From positions 13,826,001-13,890,000 of the forward strand of contig NC_043015.1 in the NCBI RefSeq assembly GCF_006345805.1: a stretch of DNA of 64,000 nt, written 5' to 3'. How positions within the stretch are numbered: the first letter of the stretch is position 1; each line of letters begins with the position of its first letter. Of this stretch, positions 54,901-64,000 are shown one piece after another. The DNA is from Octopus sinensis (taxonomy: Eukaryota). A model generated the notes under the pieces. The model had not been told where the DNA came from. It did no database searches and saw only the letters and a program-made list of their open reading frames with translations. A program made the position numbers and the translations under genes.

Positions 54901-55129
54901 GTGCCAGTTACATAACACCAGCATCAGCCATGACTTCAATTTCACTCGGCTTGACAGGTTTTTAAAAATCTTATTTAATTGGCAACCCATTCAAATTCTT
55001 TTTAGCTGCATTATTTTAAGCTCTTTTATTTTAGACTTCTTGTCCTGTATTTTTATAGGTTCATTAAATACTCAAGAATATTGTTATCCTTTGCTTGCAT
55101 TTTTCATTCTAGTATGTACACACACACAC

Positions 55130-55176
<47 letters not shown>

Positions 55177-55248
55177 TTTAGTATGTTTTTCAACTTGACC
55201 TTCTGTGTCTGTTTTCTGTTCATTTGTTTACTTACTATACATTTTTGA

Positions 55249-55296
<48 letters not shown>

Positions 55297-58200
55297 GTGC
55301 AGGCATAGCTGTGTGGTAAGAAGTTTGGTTCCCAATCCAATGGTTCCGGATTCAGTCCCACTGTGTGGCATCTTGGGAAATTGTCTTCTACTATAGCTTC
55401 GGGCCAACCAAAGCCTTGTGACTGGATTTGGTAGATAGAAACTGAAAGAAGCCCATCATATATGTTTATGTGTGTTTGTTCCCATACCATCACTTGACAA
55501 CTGATGTTGGTGTGTTTATGTCCCCAAAACTTAGTAGTTCAGCAAAAGAGATCGATAGAATAAGTACTAGGCTTACAAAGAATAAGTCCTGAAGTCAATT
55601 TGTTAAACTAATGGTGGTGCTCCAGCATGGCCACAGTCAGATAACTGAAACAAGTAAGAGACTAAAAGAATATATATATATAGTCCCACCCATGCCAGCA
55701 TGGAAGGCAGATGTTAAACGATGATGACAGTGATTATTATATATATATATTAATATTATGCAGCACAGTACACTCCTTATTTTGCTACCTATATATATTT
55801 ATTTTATATATATATGTATATGTTTGTCTGTGTGTTGAAACCTTCAGTGCTGGCTCTGGATTCTGTAGAAAATCTGTAAGACATGACATGGACAGCTGCA
55901 ATGGAAACTATGAGGATATGGCAAGCAAGAAGGGATACAGCAGGTGTTCTGACTGCGTTCACTAGCCAGAATTCATTGAACAACTGATGAATAGAGCCTT
56001 GGACTCAAATCAGATGGCTATGTAAAGCTGCTGGAAACTGGATCCCTTGCCATACCTCTGGAAAGAGTTCAAAGTTGTTGGAGATTTTGTATGACTTTTG
56101 TATGGCTTCTTATTTTCCCCAATTGTAATATCATGGATTACTATGAGCAGGGCACTGTTGAGAAAGACACCATTTATAGGTGCAGGTGTGGCTGTGCGGT
56201 GGGAAGTCATTCTCCCCAACCACATACTTCAAGGTACAGTCCCACTGTGTGGCACCTTGGGTATGTGTCTTCTAATGTAGCCGTAGCCAACAAAGACGTT
56301 GTGAAAGGATTTGATGGACATAGGCTGGGAGAGGCTCTTTGTATGTGTATGTATCTTTGTGTCAGTCTCCCACCACCTGTAACTTAGTGGTTCAGCATAA
56401 GAGACTGATAAAATAAGTACCAGGCTTAAAAAATAAGTATTGCGATTGATCTGTTCAACTGAAATTCTTCTAGGCAATGCTCCAGCATGGCCGCAAACTA
56501 ATGGCTTATACAAATAAAAAATAAAGATGAATCATGCATACATGTTTGTTTTTTTGTGTTCTGTTGTACTAAAAACAATTTTACATCCATCTGATGGGTT
56601 ACTCTCAACTTTCATAGATTACAATTTTTGAATCTTTTCTGTTTGTCTGCCACTTTTCAATTTCTTCAATTTTTGTTCCAATTGATTTTGATATTTTGTT
56701 ATGTAGTTTTGTAAAGCAATCATTAACATGAAATTCATTTTAGCCATAAATCAATAAATAAAGAGTTAATAGCTTTAAAGTATGCAAATTGTGGGTAATT
56801 TGAGTAAATCAAAAGCCTCAGATATATAGGTGTCTGTTTCCATAGTAACAAGCCAAGCTGTTACCAAGCTTCTCACCACATGTTCTTTTTGTTGCTTATT
56901 AGATGCTTAAAATACATTCAGTATGAGGTGATCCACATGAAAAATTCTCAGAAATTTTCTGAAAATTAAAAAAAAAAGTTTTGAGGCATACATAAAGTAG
57001 AATTTCGCCATTATTTTATTTGTTTTCAGTTGACATGTGCTGTCTTGCACAAAATGACAGCTTCCAAATTCTGTTTTCTGACTGGGTAAAAATGATCAAA
57101 CTTTAAACCTCTGTAACTTTTTTTTCAAATTTTCTGGACAAACTTGAATTGTCTCCTGAGATTCAACATAGAAAATTACATCAATACACCAAATTTTAAA
57201 ATTTTCACCAAACTTCAAAATTTTCACAAGTGCAGCCAAATGAAATAGATTTCAATTTTATTAGTCTTAGACAAGAACATTATTGACAGTGACTTCAAAG
57301 TCTTGGCCAGTTAGGCCATTGTCGGACTGCAATGCATTGAAGTTAATCCTTACATTTTATAGTCTCTGTCGATTTAAAATCTTCCTTGGCTATGTGTTCA
57401 GTTGAGTGGTAATTAGGCTTTTTGGGTGTTATGGAAGAGTGTTTTGGAGAAATTTTTATTAATCAAATTTGGGGTTATATTACTGTTTAATGTGTGTAGA
57501 ACTTTGTATGCAAATGTGAATATTTAGGTTTGTCCGATTTGGGATACACCTAACTATATATGCCTTATAGTGCCTTTTTAGGCTGTGCAATAATTTTTTA
57601 TGTATCAAACTAAACACAAGAACTTTTTTTACTTTGATCCTTTAGCATTTAAACCAGCTGTATCCAACCAAAATATTCTACCTGTTCTATGTTCAGACTG
57701 GCCAGATCTGGCTTCTCACAACTACCTTAGAATGTCATTCTAAAAATTAGCAATCACATCATTAATATCTCAAAGCTTAAAGGTAATGCATGGTTAATTC
57801 AAAACAATGTGAATGAATAAGCATTACATTTTACCTAGTAATTTAAATGCTAAAAGGTCAAATGTTATTTATTGTCAGATTCCTGAGATTTAAATAGCAA
57901 TAATCTGGTTGGTATTACATTGAGAAACGATTTGAGAACTCTGTAGCCACACTGTCTGGGACAGGGAAGAATTTATCTAATTTGAAAGAAAGTCTACTGC
58001 TATGTGGTAGGGGAATGCTTTTTACAAAAATCTCAAGGTTACCTTCAAATTATCCAGTACCTCATACATTGTCAGCTATTTTAATAGTACCCTGGTACCT
58101 TTGAGAAGATGTTAATTATAGAATCAGAACTAAATGCCTGTTACTTTTTGTTCCAGCAATGGGATTGGGATATGTGGATGAGAGCTAACTTTATCCGCAA

Positions 58201-58448
58201 AGATCGTGAATGCATCATTCCAGATATTTCCCGAACCTACCATTTTGGCTCCAAAGGAATCAACATGAACCCGTATTTTCAGGAAGTTTATTTTAAAAAG
58301 CATTCTTTCATGACTTTACCAAATGTTCAACTGAAAGACATTGATAAGTAAGTTGCTTCTGTTCATTTTTGCTCACCTAATCTATGAAGCTTGTTTGTTC
58401 TCTCATTTAATCACTTTACTTATTGCCGTTTCCTTTTGTTTTTATTTT

Positions 58449-58488
<40 letters not shown>

Positions 58489-61400
58489 GTGTGACTGTGT
58501 GGTTAAGTAGCTTGCTGCCTAATCATGTTGTCTCAGGTTCAGTCACACTAAGTGGCACCTTGGGCAAGTGTCTTCTACTATAGCTATGGACCAACCAAAG
58601 GCTTATGAATGGATTTGATAGCTGGAAACAGAACAAAGGCTGTCTTGTGTATGTGTGTATATGTCTTTCTTTATATCTCATGATGGTTGTAAATGATTAT
58701 CATGATGCAAATGACATTTGTTTGTAGTCCTCTTTGAAAAGCATGATTGACCACGAGGAAATATTGTCTTGCTTGGAAGCAAGTGAGGATTGGTGACAGG
58801 AAAGGCATTCAGACATAGAAAATCTGTCTCAACAAATTCTGTTTGACACATGGTATCATGAAGAAGTGACTCACACACACACACACCAAATAAATCATTA
58901 GAGTCTTTAGAGCATTAGCTAGACTACCTTGTGGTAAATCTTCTGATTCTCTGCATTCTGGGTTCAAATTCCTGCTGAGGTTAACTTTGCCTTTCTTCTT
59001 CCTTTTGTACTTATAATAATAATAATAATAATAATGAAATTATTGTATACAGTGCTCAGGTGCGCCACAACTTGTCAAAAGTGCATATAAAGTATATGTA
59101 GTAATGTACAAATGTCTGGAAAGTGAACAGTGTATGAGTCAGATACATGCTTGTGTGTATATGGAGGGGAGAAAATCAGGTGATTAAAAAAGTGTGAATC
59201 CAGGATGTTGGATCACTGAAACTGTTAGCATATTGGATGGGATCTCTTGTGTTATCTGGCTCTTTGCATTGTAACAGTAACACCTTCGACAACGCTGTAT
59301 CAGCCTTACATTTCCTTTAGACATCATCAGTGGTGGGAAGAAGAAAAGGTTGCATGCATGGGCAACTGCAGGCCTTCCTCAAAATAAAACCTTGCCCAGG
59401 CTTGTGCCTTAGAGAAGGGCCTTCTAGATGCAGAGATGCATGGACTGAAGAGGACCTTAGAATGTCTATAGATGTGCGTGTATATACATATACACATACA
59501 CTCACATGAACATTGATTGGACCACTTGAATCACTTGGTAATATTCTAATTAATTATATTTGTGCATGAATGAACAGTTATTTTGAGAACATTTTAAAAA
59601 AGTTCCCAAGCTATTGTTTTAATGAACAAATTCTTTAAAAAGGCATAGCAGCCTTTCAAAGTAAAGTAGTTTAATGTACAATGGCTAGTTTTAGAATATT
59701 GCTTCTTTTGTTAATATGAAAGTCATTTTCCTTCTGCATGAAAGACATACCATATGAATATATAAGAAGCATATTCAAATAATCACTTGAGTATATTGGC
59801 ATTGTGTACAAATACAATAATAAATGGTTTGCACTCCATTTTCCAAGAAAATGAAAAATAAAAAAAAGTAACATGATTACAATTAAATTACAATATCATT
59901 AATGTATATATTGAGTACAGCATAACAATTCATTAGTAACAATAGCTTGATTGCATTGGTAACTATATGCAACTGTCTACACATTTACATAATTCCATTA
60001 ATAACTGAAAGAGTGTTCAGCTGTGTTGCTTCTGAGCCTGGCAGTGTAGGTTCAAATATACCTGACATTAGTGGCAATGTTGGATCTAACATGATGCTGA
60101 TTGCTGACATATGAGAGTATATTCCCTGTGGAGTCTCTTTTATTAGAATGCAAAAGTAATAATGAAATTTGCAGTTCTGATATCTGCTAATGAGCTTTCT
60201 ACTTGGTTGTAGAGAAGTTATCAAACAACAATTCATTTCTACCATGAGTAGTGAACTCCCTGACAAAAATCCTGTCTTTGAGCTCTAGTCATCTTGAATC
60301 AGATGTTCCTTATTTAGATTACCAGTCTGTTGTAACCCTGCAATAACTTGTTTCTTCCCCACTACACATTCTATCAGCTCCAGTGTACTTTATGTCTTGC
60401 ACATTTATAGCAAACTTGCTGCTATGTGATTATTAACTAGTATATTATTTCACATGGATATTCTGATTAGTAAAGTAATATACATATAGCCCATCCTGCA
60501 CCTGAAAGGAGGGGCACAGAAACTAGCACAATGAGCAGAAGTTTGATAAATTAGTTGACAGATCTTCAATTAAACCTGTCACCAGCTGTATCAGTATTAA
60601 AATGATCAGTTTAGGTATTGTTCTCATTACATAATTATTTACATTTTAATACTCTGTTAAGTAACGGTCAATAAAATATAATTGTAAATATAATTAACAA
60701 CAGACTGGAGGTTGGCATGTAAGTTCATTTTTGATAACATGCTCATCTATTGGAAATTGCCTGTATAATACATAATTTGGAAGCAGTGCTGTGGATATGC
60801 CAGCACACACGAGCTTGAGACAAGGCCACCATCACGCACTTCATCATCATCATCATCGTTTAACGTCCGCTTTCCATGCTAGCATGGGTTGGACGATTTT
60901 GATTGAGGGCTGGCAAACCAGATGGCCGCACCAGGTTCCAATCTTGATCTGGCAGAGTTTCTACAGCTGGATGCCCTTCCTAACGCCAACCACTCCGAGA
61001 GTGTAGTGGGTGCTTTTTACATGCCACCAGCACTTCTCATGAGGAATTCCAGAAGGAGCTTCATGAGACCACTGCAAAGACACTTCCGGGGTAAAAAAAT
61101 TGATTATAGCAGTGACTTGATCAATTTCTAGAGATATCTGAAGAAGGAATTTTTGTATTCCAAAATATTATATCAGACTATGGATGATTAAATTGTAACA
61201 GTTATTATAATCTATTCTTGTTATTATAGTGCATTGTTATGCCATTCAAGACACATTATATTTTACAGACAATACCTCTACTATAATTGTACATTATAGT
61301 AAATCACCAGCCAAGTGATTTTGGTATTCTAATTTTAACCATTTGAATCCATTTATCCTTTTCAAACTCCACCCATCTAACACCCGTGGACATATTTACA

Positions 61401-63465
61401 AAGTAAGAAAACAGCACAGCTCCCATGACTTCAGGAAACATTTTTTCACGCTGAGAGTTGCTGAAGCATGGAACAAACTGCCGGCATCAGTTGTTAGTTG
61501 TCGTAGCACTGCATCCTTCAAAACTTCCATGCTTCCTGAGATTTGCCAACACTACACTTGATTTTCTCCCCTCCATACACACACAAGCATGTATCTGACT
61601 CGTACATTGTTCGCTTTCCAGACATTTCTACATTACTGCATGTACTTTATATGAACTTTCTGACAAGTTGTGGTGCACCTGAGCACTGTATACAATAATT
61701 ATATAAAAAAGATTATATAAAAAAACAAACACTTCTTTGAAGAGAACAATCTATCTCCATCAATATATATAATATGCTGTGTGTGTCTTTGTATATACCA
61801 TTTTTTTGTGTCTGAGTAATATTTTAGCGTTTGAAGCTGTTGAATTTGCTCTAATTTGTAAGACATGAGTTAAAGTCATTCTGTTTATTTTTTTGTATTT
61901 ATCTCAATGCTTACTTAATGAAACATTACCTGTTCTTTGCTGTGGTTGCAGTTGCCAAGTCTCTGCATAAGTTGATTGGTCTCAGTAGTCATTAATCACA
62001 CTCTGTAGAAGCATACCTCTATTTATCTTATTAACAGTCATTTATTAAGACTAGCAACTCAGACAAAAGAATAGAAATAGCCTTCTGATATCCCCTTGAT
62101 TTTTCAGCCTTCTGATATCACCTTTATTCCTTTCCCACACCATTCCTTTCATGTTTTCTATTCATGATTTGTTCTAACATTATAAGCAAATAGATTCCCA
62201 AATTACTTGTTGGTAGTTGTAATGTTCTCTATATCTTGGTTTATATCTCAATATATTGGTTTCAAATTTTAGCACAAGGCCAGCAAATTCGGGAGAGGTG
62301 GAGTAAGTCAATTACACTGACCCCCCCCCACACACACCCTCACCGAGTTCAACTGGTACATATTTTATCAACCCTGAATGTTGAAAGGCAAAGTTGATCT
62401 TATGTCTGAACATAAAGACATGAAATGCTGCTAAGCATGTTGCCCATCATGTTGACGATTCTGCCAGCTTGCTGCTTTATATATTCTGAATATGTTAAGG
62501 GCTTTATGGACAGTGATTTACCAGAGATAGTAGCATATTGGACCTTACAACATTTGATACTGTTCCTTTATGTTCTGTGTTTTGCTGGAATTGATAAAAT
62601 AAACACCATTAATAAACTAGATAATAAACCAAAGCCTTGTGAGTAAATGTGGCAGACGGAAACTGAAAGAAGCACATTGTGTGTGTGTGTGTGTGTTTAT
62701 GTGTGTGCAGGGGCAGCTGTGCCACCATGTCTTTACATCACATTAGTTGTACATTATTGTCACTGTCATACAAGCAGTGTTCTTCATCTGCAATCTGTGA
62801 AAACATGTCTGACTATGGGGGTGGGGGGAATATTACCTTGCTTGGAAACAGGTATGGGTTGGTGGCAGGAAGGGTATCTGGCTCTAGGAAATCTGCTTCA
62901 ACAAATTTATCCACTTTATGCAAGTATCAAAAAATGACTACATCTGTCCCTTATAAAATTATTACAATTCATAACTAATCAGTTGTTGCTTTGCTTTACA
63001 TTTTGGTTCAAATTCTATCACCCAACAAGTGATAATAGAAGTACCAGTAAGTGGTACACTAGATGTGATTACTACTATTTGTACCCACAAACTAGACATT
63101 TTCTACTAAAATTCTATTCATCATCATCGTCATTATTATTATAAAGGAAGTGGAGGTCATATCCATTGACCTTATGGTAAGTCCCTCAAGTGATGAAGTG
63201 TCAGCTTAAAAGCATAATGGACTTAAGTTAAATACTCAAATTTTCTCCATAAAAAATCTACCTTGTAGACATATAAGAACTTTTTATTGTTTTTCTCAGA
63301 ATTGTGCTCATATTTTAATAAATATTACTAAAAATATATTTTATTCTTGGTTTCAGGATGAAGAAAGACTATTATGAGGTTCTTATCAAGCAACTTATCC
63401 AAGATGCCAAACTTTTAAATCACAGCCACCCTCCTTGTTCAGAAGACTTTGTTCCTAATACCAAG
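18686..63465 (+). CDS. POMGNT1: POMGNT1 orthologue, 16 coding exons, 3'-incomplete (gene runs off the window)
   Basis: Spliced translation [126 protein letters not shown] matches my recollection of human POMGNT1 throughout. All intron phases are compatible; 14 GT-AG introns and 1 GC-AG intron. Confidence 0.97.
19153..19215. repeat. (TG)n microsatellite in intron 1
   Basis: About 31 uninterrupted TG units. Confidence 0.95.
19524..19620 (+). CDS. POMGNT1: POMGNT1 coding exon 2 (type II signal-anchor TM, 97 nt)
   Basis: ttgcag|GTG; [21 protein letters not shown] hydrophobic helix; donor T|GTAAGT, phase 1. Confidence 0.9.
20516..20847 (+). mobile_element. hAT-like MITE
   Basis: TAGTGGTTCTCAA..GGGAACTGCTG termini; homologous to 9134-9470. 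Confidence 0.65.
21085..21470 (-). mobile_element. SINE family A, full length
   Basis: Reverse complement of the 29343 copy. Confidence 0.85.
21690..22170 (-). mobile_element. Family C element
   Basis: Homologous to 5888-6300. Confidence 0.8.
22503..22655. repeat. 26-bp minisatellite, about 5-6 units
   Basis: Unit tatatatgtatgtatatatacatatt; the period is visible at 22523 and 22549. Confidence 0.85.
22705..23095 (-). mobile_element. Probable Penelope-derived 3'/pLTR segment carrying a degenerate hammerhead-like motif
   Basis: Shares the gtatta..gatgctcagga block and hammerhead-like layout with 28735-28960. The family assignment is inference. Confidence 0.45.
24741..24859 (+). CDS. POMGNT1: POMGNT1 coding exon 3 (119 nt)
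   Basis: ttctttccag| ..[22 protein letters not shown] |GTAGGT; cf. human [20 protein letters not shown]. Confidence 0.9.
24920..25230 (+). mobile_element. tRNA-headed CORE-like SINE, family F
   Basis: gtggctagggtattcagctcacaatc..gtccatgagcaaggcactttatttacattgctcc. Related copies near 10465-10585 (+), 16035-16160 and 31860-32040 (-). Confidence 0.65.
25919..25984 (+). CDS. POMGNT1: POMGNT1 coding exon 4 (66 nt)
   Basis: tctttaag| [22 protein letters not shown] |GTAAGT. Confidence 0.95.
27480..27742 (+). mobile_element. RTE-like LINE apurinic-endonuclease fragment
   Basis: Translates across frameshifts to [58 protein letters not shown]. Confidence 0.75.
27751..28640 (-). mobile_element. Internally deleted, defective mariner transposon (890 bp)
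   Basis: 27-bp TIRs (tcagtttggtaagaaagttcttggaca / ttacattggtaagaaagttcttggaca, 3 mismatches), TA on both flanks. Minus-strand transposase pieces [54 protein letters not shown] with stops and a frameshift. Confidence 0.92.
28735..28960 (-). mobile_element. Related repeat segment carrying a degenerate hammerhead-like motif
   Basis: Minus strand GTTT-CCGACGAA-GAGC-TCT-GCTC-AAAATGTT-AAAC; similar flanks to 22705-22840. Confidence 0.45.
29169..29282 (+). CDS. POMGNT1: POMGNT1 coding exon 5 (114 nt)
   Basis: tttgtag| [38 protein letters not shown] |GTATGT. Confidence 0.95.
29343..29712 (+). mobile_element. tRNA-headed SINE family A, near full length
   Basis: ggcgcaggagtgg..gtggtaag (A box) ..ggttcagtccc (B box), ccttgggcaagt core-like segment, central TA/TG repeat, aaaagag tail. 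Confidence 0.85.
29790..30290 (-). mobile_element. Decayed LINE endonuclease N-terminal fragment
   Basis: [25 protein letters not shown].. loosely resembles the start of an APE domain; heavily degraded. Confidence 0.35.
30436..30553 (+). CDS. POMGNT1: POMGNT1 coding exon 6 (118 nt, GC donor)
   Basis: ctttttag| [39 protein letters not shown]+A |GCAAGT; only this donor gives the phase 1 required by exon 7. Confidence 0.9.
30660..30897. mobile_element. Fold-back MITE (117-bp arms, 4-nt loop), TA flanks, probably Tc1/mariner-type
   Basis: 30660-30776 is the reverse complement of 30781-30897 with 2 mismatches; loop TCGT; TA at 30658-59 and 30898-99. Confidence 0.88.
31140..31495 (+). mobile_element. 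SINE family A
   Basis: Family A head, core and tail blocks. Confidence 0.8.
32292..32390 (+). CDS. POMGNT1: POMGNT1 coding exon 7 (99 nt)
   Basis: ttttttacag| (S)[32 protein letters not shown]+T |GTAAGT. Confidence 0.92.
32890..33105 (-). mobile_element. SINE family B
   Basis: Reverse complement of the 33270 copy, 165 bp upstream of it. Confidence 0.78.
33270..33480 (+). mobile_element. SINE family B
   Basis: aagctggcagaattgctag..gagttcaaattcc..gcctttcatccttt..tgctggccttgtgccaaa. Confidence 0.78.
33797..33924 (+). CDS. POMGNT1: POMGNT1 coding exon 8 (128 nt)
   Basis: tttttgtag| (L)[42 protein letters not shown] |GTAAGT. Confidence 0.95.
34280..35298 (+). mobile_element. Non-autonomous Helitron
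   Basis: 5' A|TC(taatctctatatgtataaaa, then tgtc repeats). 3' hairpin tatgacccg-gcaacga-cgggtcata followed by CTAG|T. No TSD. Confidence 0.8.
35597..35667 (+). CDS. POMGNT1: POMGNT1 coding exon 9 (71 nt)
   Basis: ttttcttccacag| [23 protein letters not shown]+AG |GTTTGT. Confidence 0.93.
35908..36328 (-). mobile_element. SINE family A, full length
   Basis: Reverse complement of the 29343 copy. Confidence 0.85.
36657..36869 (+). mobile_element. hAT-like MITE with 8-bp TSD
   Basis: CAGTGCTTCTCAA..GACCCACTG termini flanked by CTTTAGAC / CTTTAGAG (7 of 8 match). Confidence 0.75.
37765..38140 (+). mobile_element. SINE family A
   Basis: Family A head, core and tail blocks. Confidence 0.8.
38430..38750 (-). 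mobile_element. SINE family A
   Basis: Reverse-complement family A blocks. Confidence 0.7.
39670..39745 (+). CDS. POMGNT1: POMGNT1 coding exon 10 (76 nt)
   Basis: ttattgcag| (R)[25 protein letters not shown] |GTATAG. Confidence 0.94.
40398..40615 (+). mobile_element. piggyBac-like MITE family 1
   Basis: TTAA|cactttagtatt..aatgctaaaagg|TTAA, TTAA on both sides. Confidence 0.8.
41071..41282. mobile_element. piggyBac-like MITE family 2
   Basis: TTAA|cccatttgatacc..ggtaattaagggg|TTAA; related pieces near 34017-34270 and 52555-52745. Confidence 0.65.
41361..41486 (+). CDS. POMGNT1: POMGNT1 coding exon 11 (126 nt)
   Basis: cttatttcag| [42 protein letters not shown] |GTAATA. Confidence 0.95.
42963..43021 (+). 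CDS. POMGNT1: POMGNT1 coding exon 12 (59 nt, EEDLD metal-binding motif)
   Basis: gtttttacag| [19 protein letters not shown]+AA |GTAAGT. Confidence 0.95.
43720..45700 (+). mobile_element. Decayed CR1-like LINE ORF2 (endonuclease end, RT, 3' tail)
   Basis: [63 protein letters not shown]; many stops and frameshifts. Confidence 0.9.
46700..46915 (+). mobile_element. SINE family B
   Basis: Family B head and tail blocks. Confidence 0.78.
47064..47136 (+). CDS. POMGNT1: POMGNT1 coding exon 13 (73 nt)
   Basis: catttcag| (N)[24 protein letters not shown] |GTTAGT. Confidence 0.95.
48214..48309 (+). repeat. 32-bp tandem triplication
   Basis: atttgttttcttttgtagaagtagagaatatt starting at 48214, 48246 and 48278. 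Confidence 0.92.
48888..49016 (+). CDS. POMGNT1: POMGNT1 coding exon 14 (129 nt)
   Basis: catatag| [43 protein letters not shown] |GTGAGA. Confidence 0.95.
49458..49792. repeat. 335-bp imperfect palindrome (3-nt loop at 49629-49631)
   Basis: Inner ~76 bp arms pair with 1 mismatch; outer arms pair with mismatches and a ~12-nt indel. Confidence 0.9.
50811..51887 (-). mobile_element. Penelope-like retroelement relic (post-RT region and GIY-YIG endonuclease)
   Basis: Minus strand: [35 protein letters not shown]; TCDC..CPL..C; LIYRCKV..YYIGSTE (about 51154-51207); [19 protein letters not shown]; [21 protein letters not shown]. Stops and frameshifts present. Confidence 0.88.
52415..53060. repeat. 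Three diverged ~120-bp direct repeats, probably subterminal repeats of a DNA transposon
   Basis: aaaaaagt(t/g)atg..gactttgactcaaaatatctcag(a/c)tat..agcaaact recurs near 52415, 52797 and 52968. Confidence 0.65.
54557..54955 (-). mobile_element. Family C element
   Basis: Homologous to 5888-6300. Confidence 0.72.
55297..55670 (+). mobile_element. SINE family A
   Basis: Family A head, core and tail blocks. Confidence 0.82.
55985..56175 (+). mobile_element. Tc1/mariner transposase relic (catalytic C-terminal half)
   Basis: [42 protein letters not shown] resemble the APCHTS and SPDCNPMDYYVWGxVE motifs. Confidence 0.55.
56185..56520 (+). mobile_element. SINE family A (diverged)
   Basis: cagtcccactgtgtggcaccttggg..aataagtaccaggc..ctccagcatggccgca. 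Confidence 0.72.
57638..57857 (-). mobile_element. piggyBac-like MITE family 1 (reverse orientation)
   Basis: cctttagcattt..aaatgctaaaagg ends; body is the reverse complement of 40398-40615. Confidence 0.75.
58157..58347 (+). CDS. POMGNT1: POMGNT1 coding exon 15 (191 nt, WDWD catalytic motif)
   Basis: ttgttccag| [63 protein letters not shown]+AA |GTAAGT. Confidence 0.96.
58488..58660 (+). mobile_element. SINE family A, 5' half
   Basis: gtggttaagtagcttgct..ggcaccttgggcaagtgtcttctactatagc. Confidence 0.75.
60840..61030 (-). mobile_element. Family C element, 5'-truncated, little diverged
   Basis: Nearly identical to 5888-6075. Confidence 0.8.
61340..61715 (+). mobile_element. 3' fragment of the same CR1-like family
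   Basis: Closely matches 45350-45700 ([32 protein letters not shown]). Confidence 0.85.
63357..63465 (+). CDS. POMGNT1: POMGNT1 coding exon 16 (109 nt)
   Basis: ggtttcag| (K)[36 protein letters not shown] |GTAAAT; cf. human [36 protein letters not shown]. Confidence 0.93.
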
Positions 63466-63605
63466 GTAAATGTTATTTTAAGCATAAACATCTTTGTTGG
63501 ATTTTAAAAAAAATTTTATTTGTGATAATTGATTTTAGTAATAACAAAATTTAAAAGAAAGGCTGCCTTACTGTGCAATTATCACATTACAGACATGTAC
63601 ATTTA

Positions 63606-63760
63606 TGAGGGTAGGCTGAAAAGTTTATAGGCTGACTATGAAAGAGTGATAGTAGAGCTGTGAAATCTGGCATGCCTAAATTTCTCCCCTTCTTATTGAT
63701 AACTGCATTGTTTCTCTCCAGGTTAACTGACAGCTGACTATTTAAAGAAGACTTCAAAAG
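63606..63760. mobile_element. Second mariner-type terminal fragment
   Basis: TA|tgagggtaggctgaaaagtt resembles mariner TIRs of the cgagggt..aaaagt type; partner TIR not seen. Confidence 0.45.
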
Positions 63761-63762
63761 TA

Positions 63763-64000
63763 TTGGGTCATCCCATAAATAATGCAGTTTTTTTTATACT
63801 TCTTTTATTTTTCAAAATTAAGATAAAGTTCTATTTTAATCTAAAATATACTCTCCTTCATTTTCTACAATGTTCTTCCATCTATCTGGTAGACTTTCCA
63901 GGCCCCTCTTCCAAAATTCACTTGTCTGTGATGAAAAATACTCCTCCAGTACTATTCTGGCCCCATCTAAAGAATTCATATTCATTCCATCCGAATGATT
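63763..64000 (-). mobile_element. Mariner element 3' end (continues past the window)
   Basis: TA|ttgggtcatcccataaat terminus; minus strand EEYFSSQTSEFWKRGLESLPDRWKNIVENEGEYILD* (stop 63836-63838), the typical mariner C-terminus. Confidence 0.85.

Overview
Eukaryotic, AT-rich, repeat-dense genomic DNA. The SINE families resemble those I associate with Octopus genomes (inference, no search run). The window holds most of one + strand multi-exon gene: a POMGNT1 orthologue (protein O-linked-mannose beta-1,2-N-acetylglucosaminyltransferase 1). I reconstructed 16 coding exons from the ATG at 18686 to 63465 (1701 nt, 567 codons, in frame across every junction); the gene continues past the window end. 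One intron needs a non-canonical GC donor (30554). Introns and the upstream 18 kb are filled with tRNA-headed SINEs, RTE-tail elements, piggyBac-like and hAT-like MITEs, a non-autonomous Helitron, mariner/Tc1 relics, CR1/RTE LINE fragments, two Penelope-like GIY-YIG relics and microsatellites. The least expected signals are: two degenerate minimal hammerhead-ribozyme-like motifs with co-varying stems, a near-perfect 117-bp-arm hairpin just behind the GC donor, a 335-bp palindrome beside a Penelope relic, and duplicated decoy 3' splice sites before exon 14. Most ORFs in the supplied track are microsatellite or SINE artefacts. Repeat boundaries are approximate unless termini are quoted.
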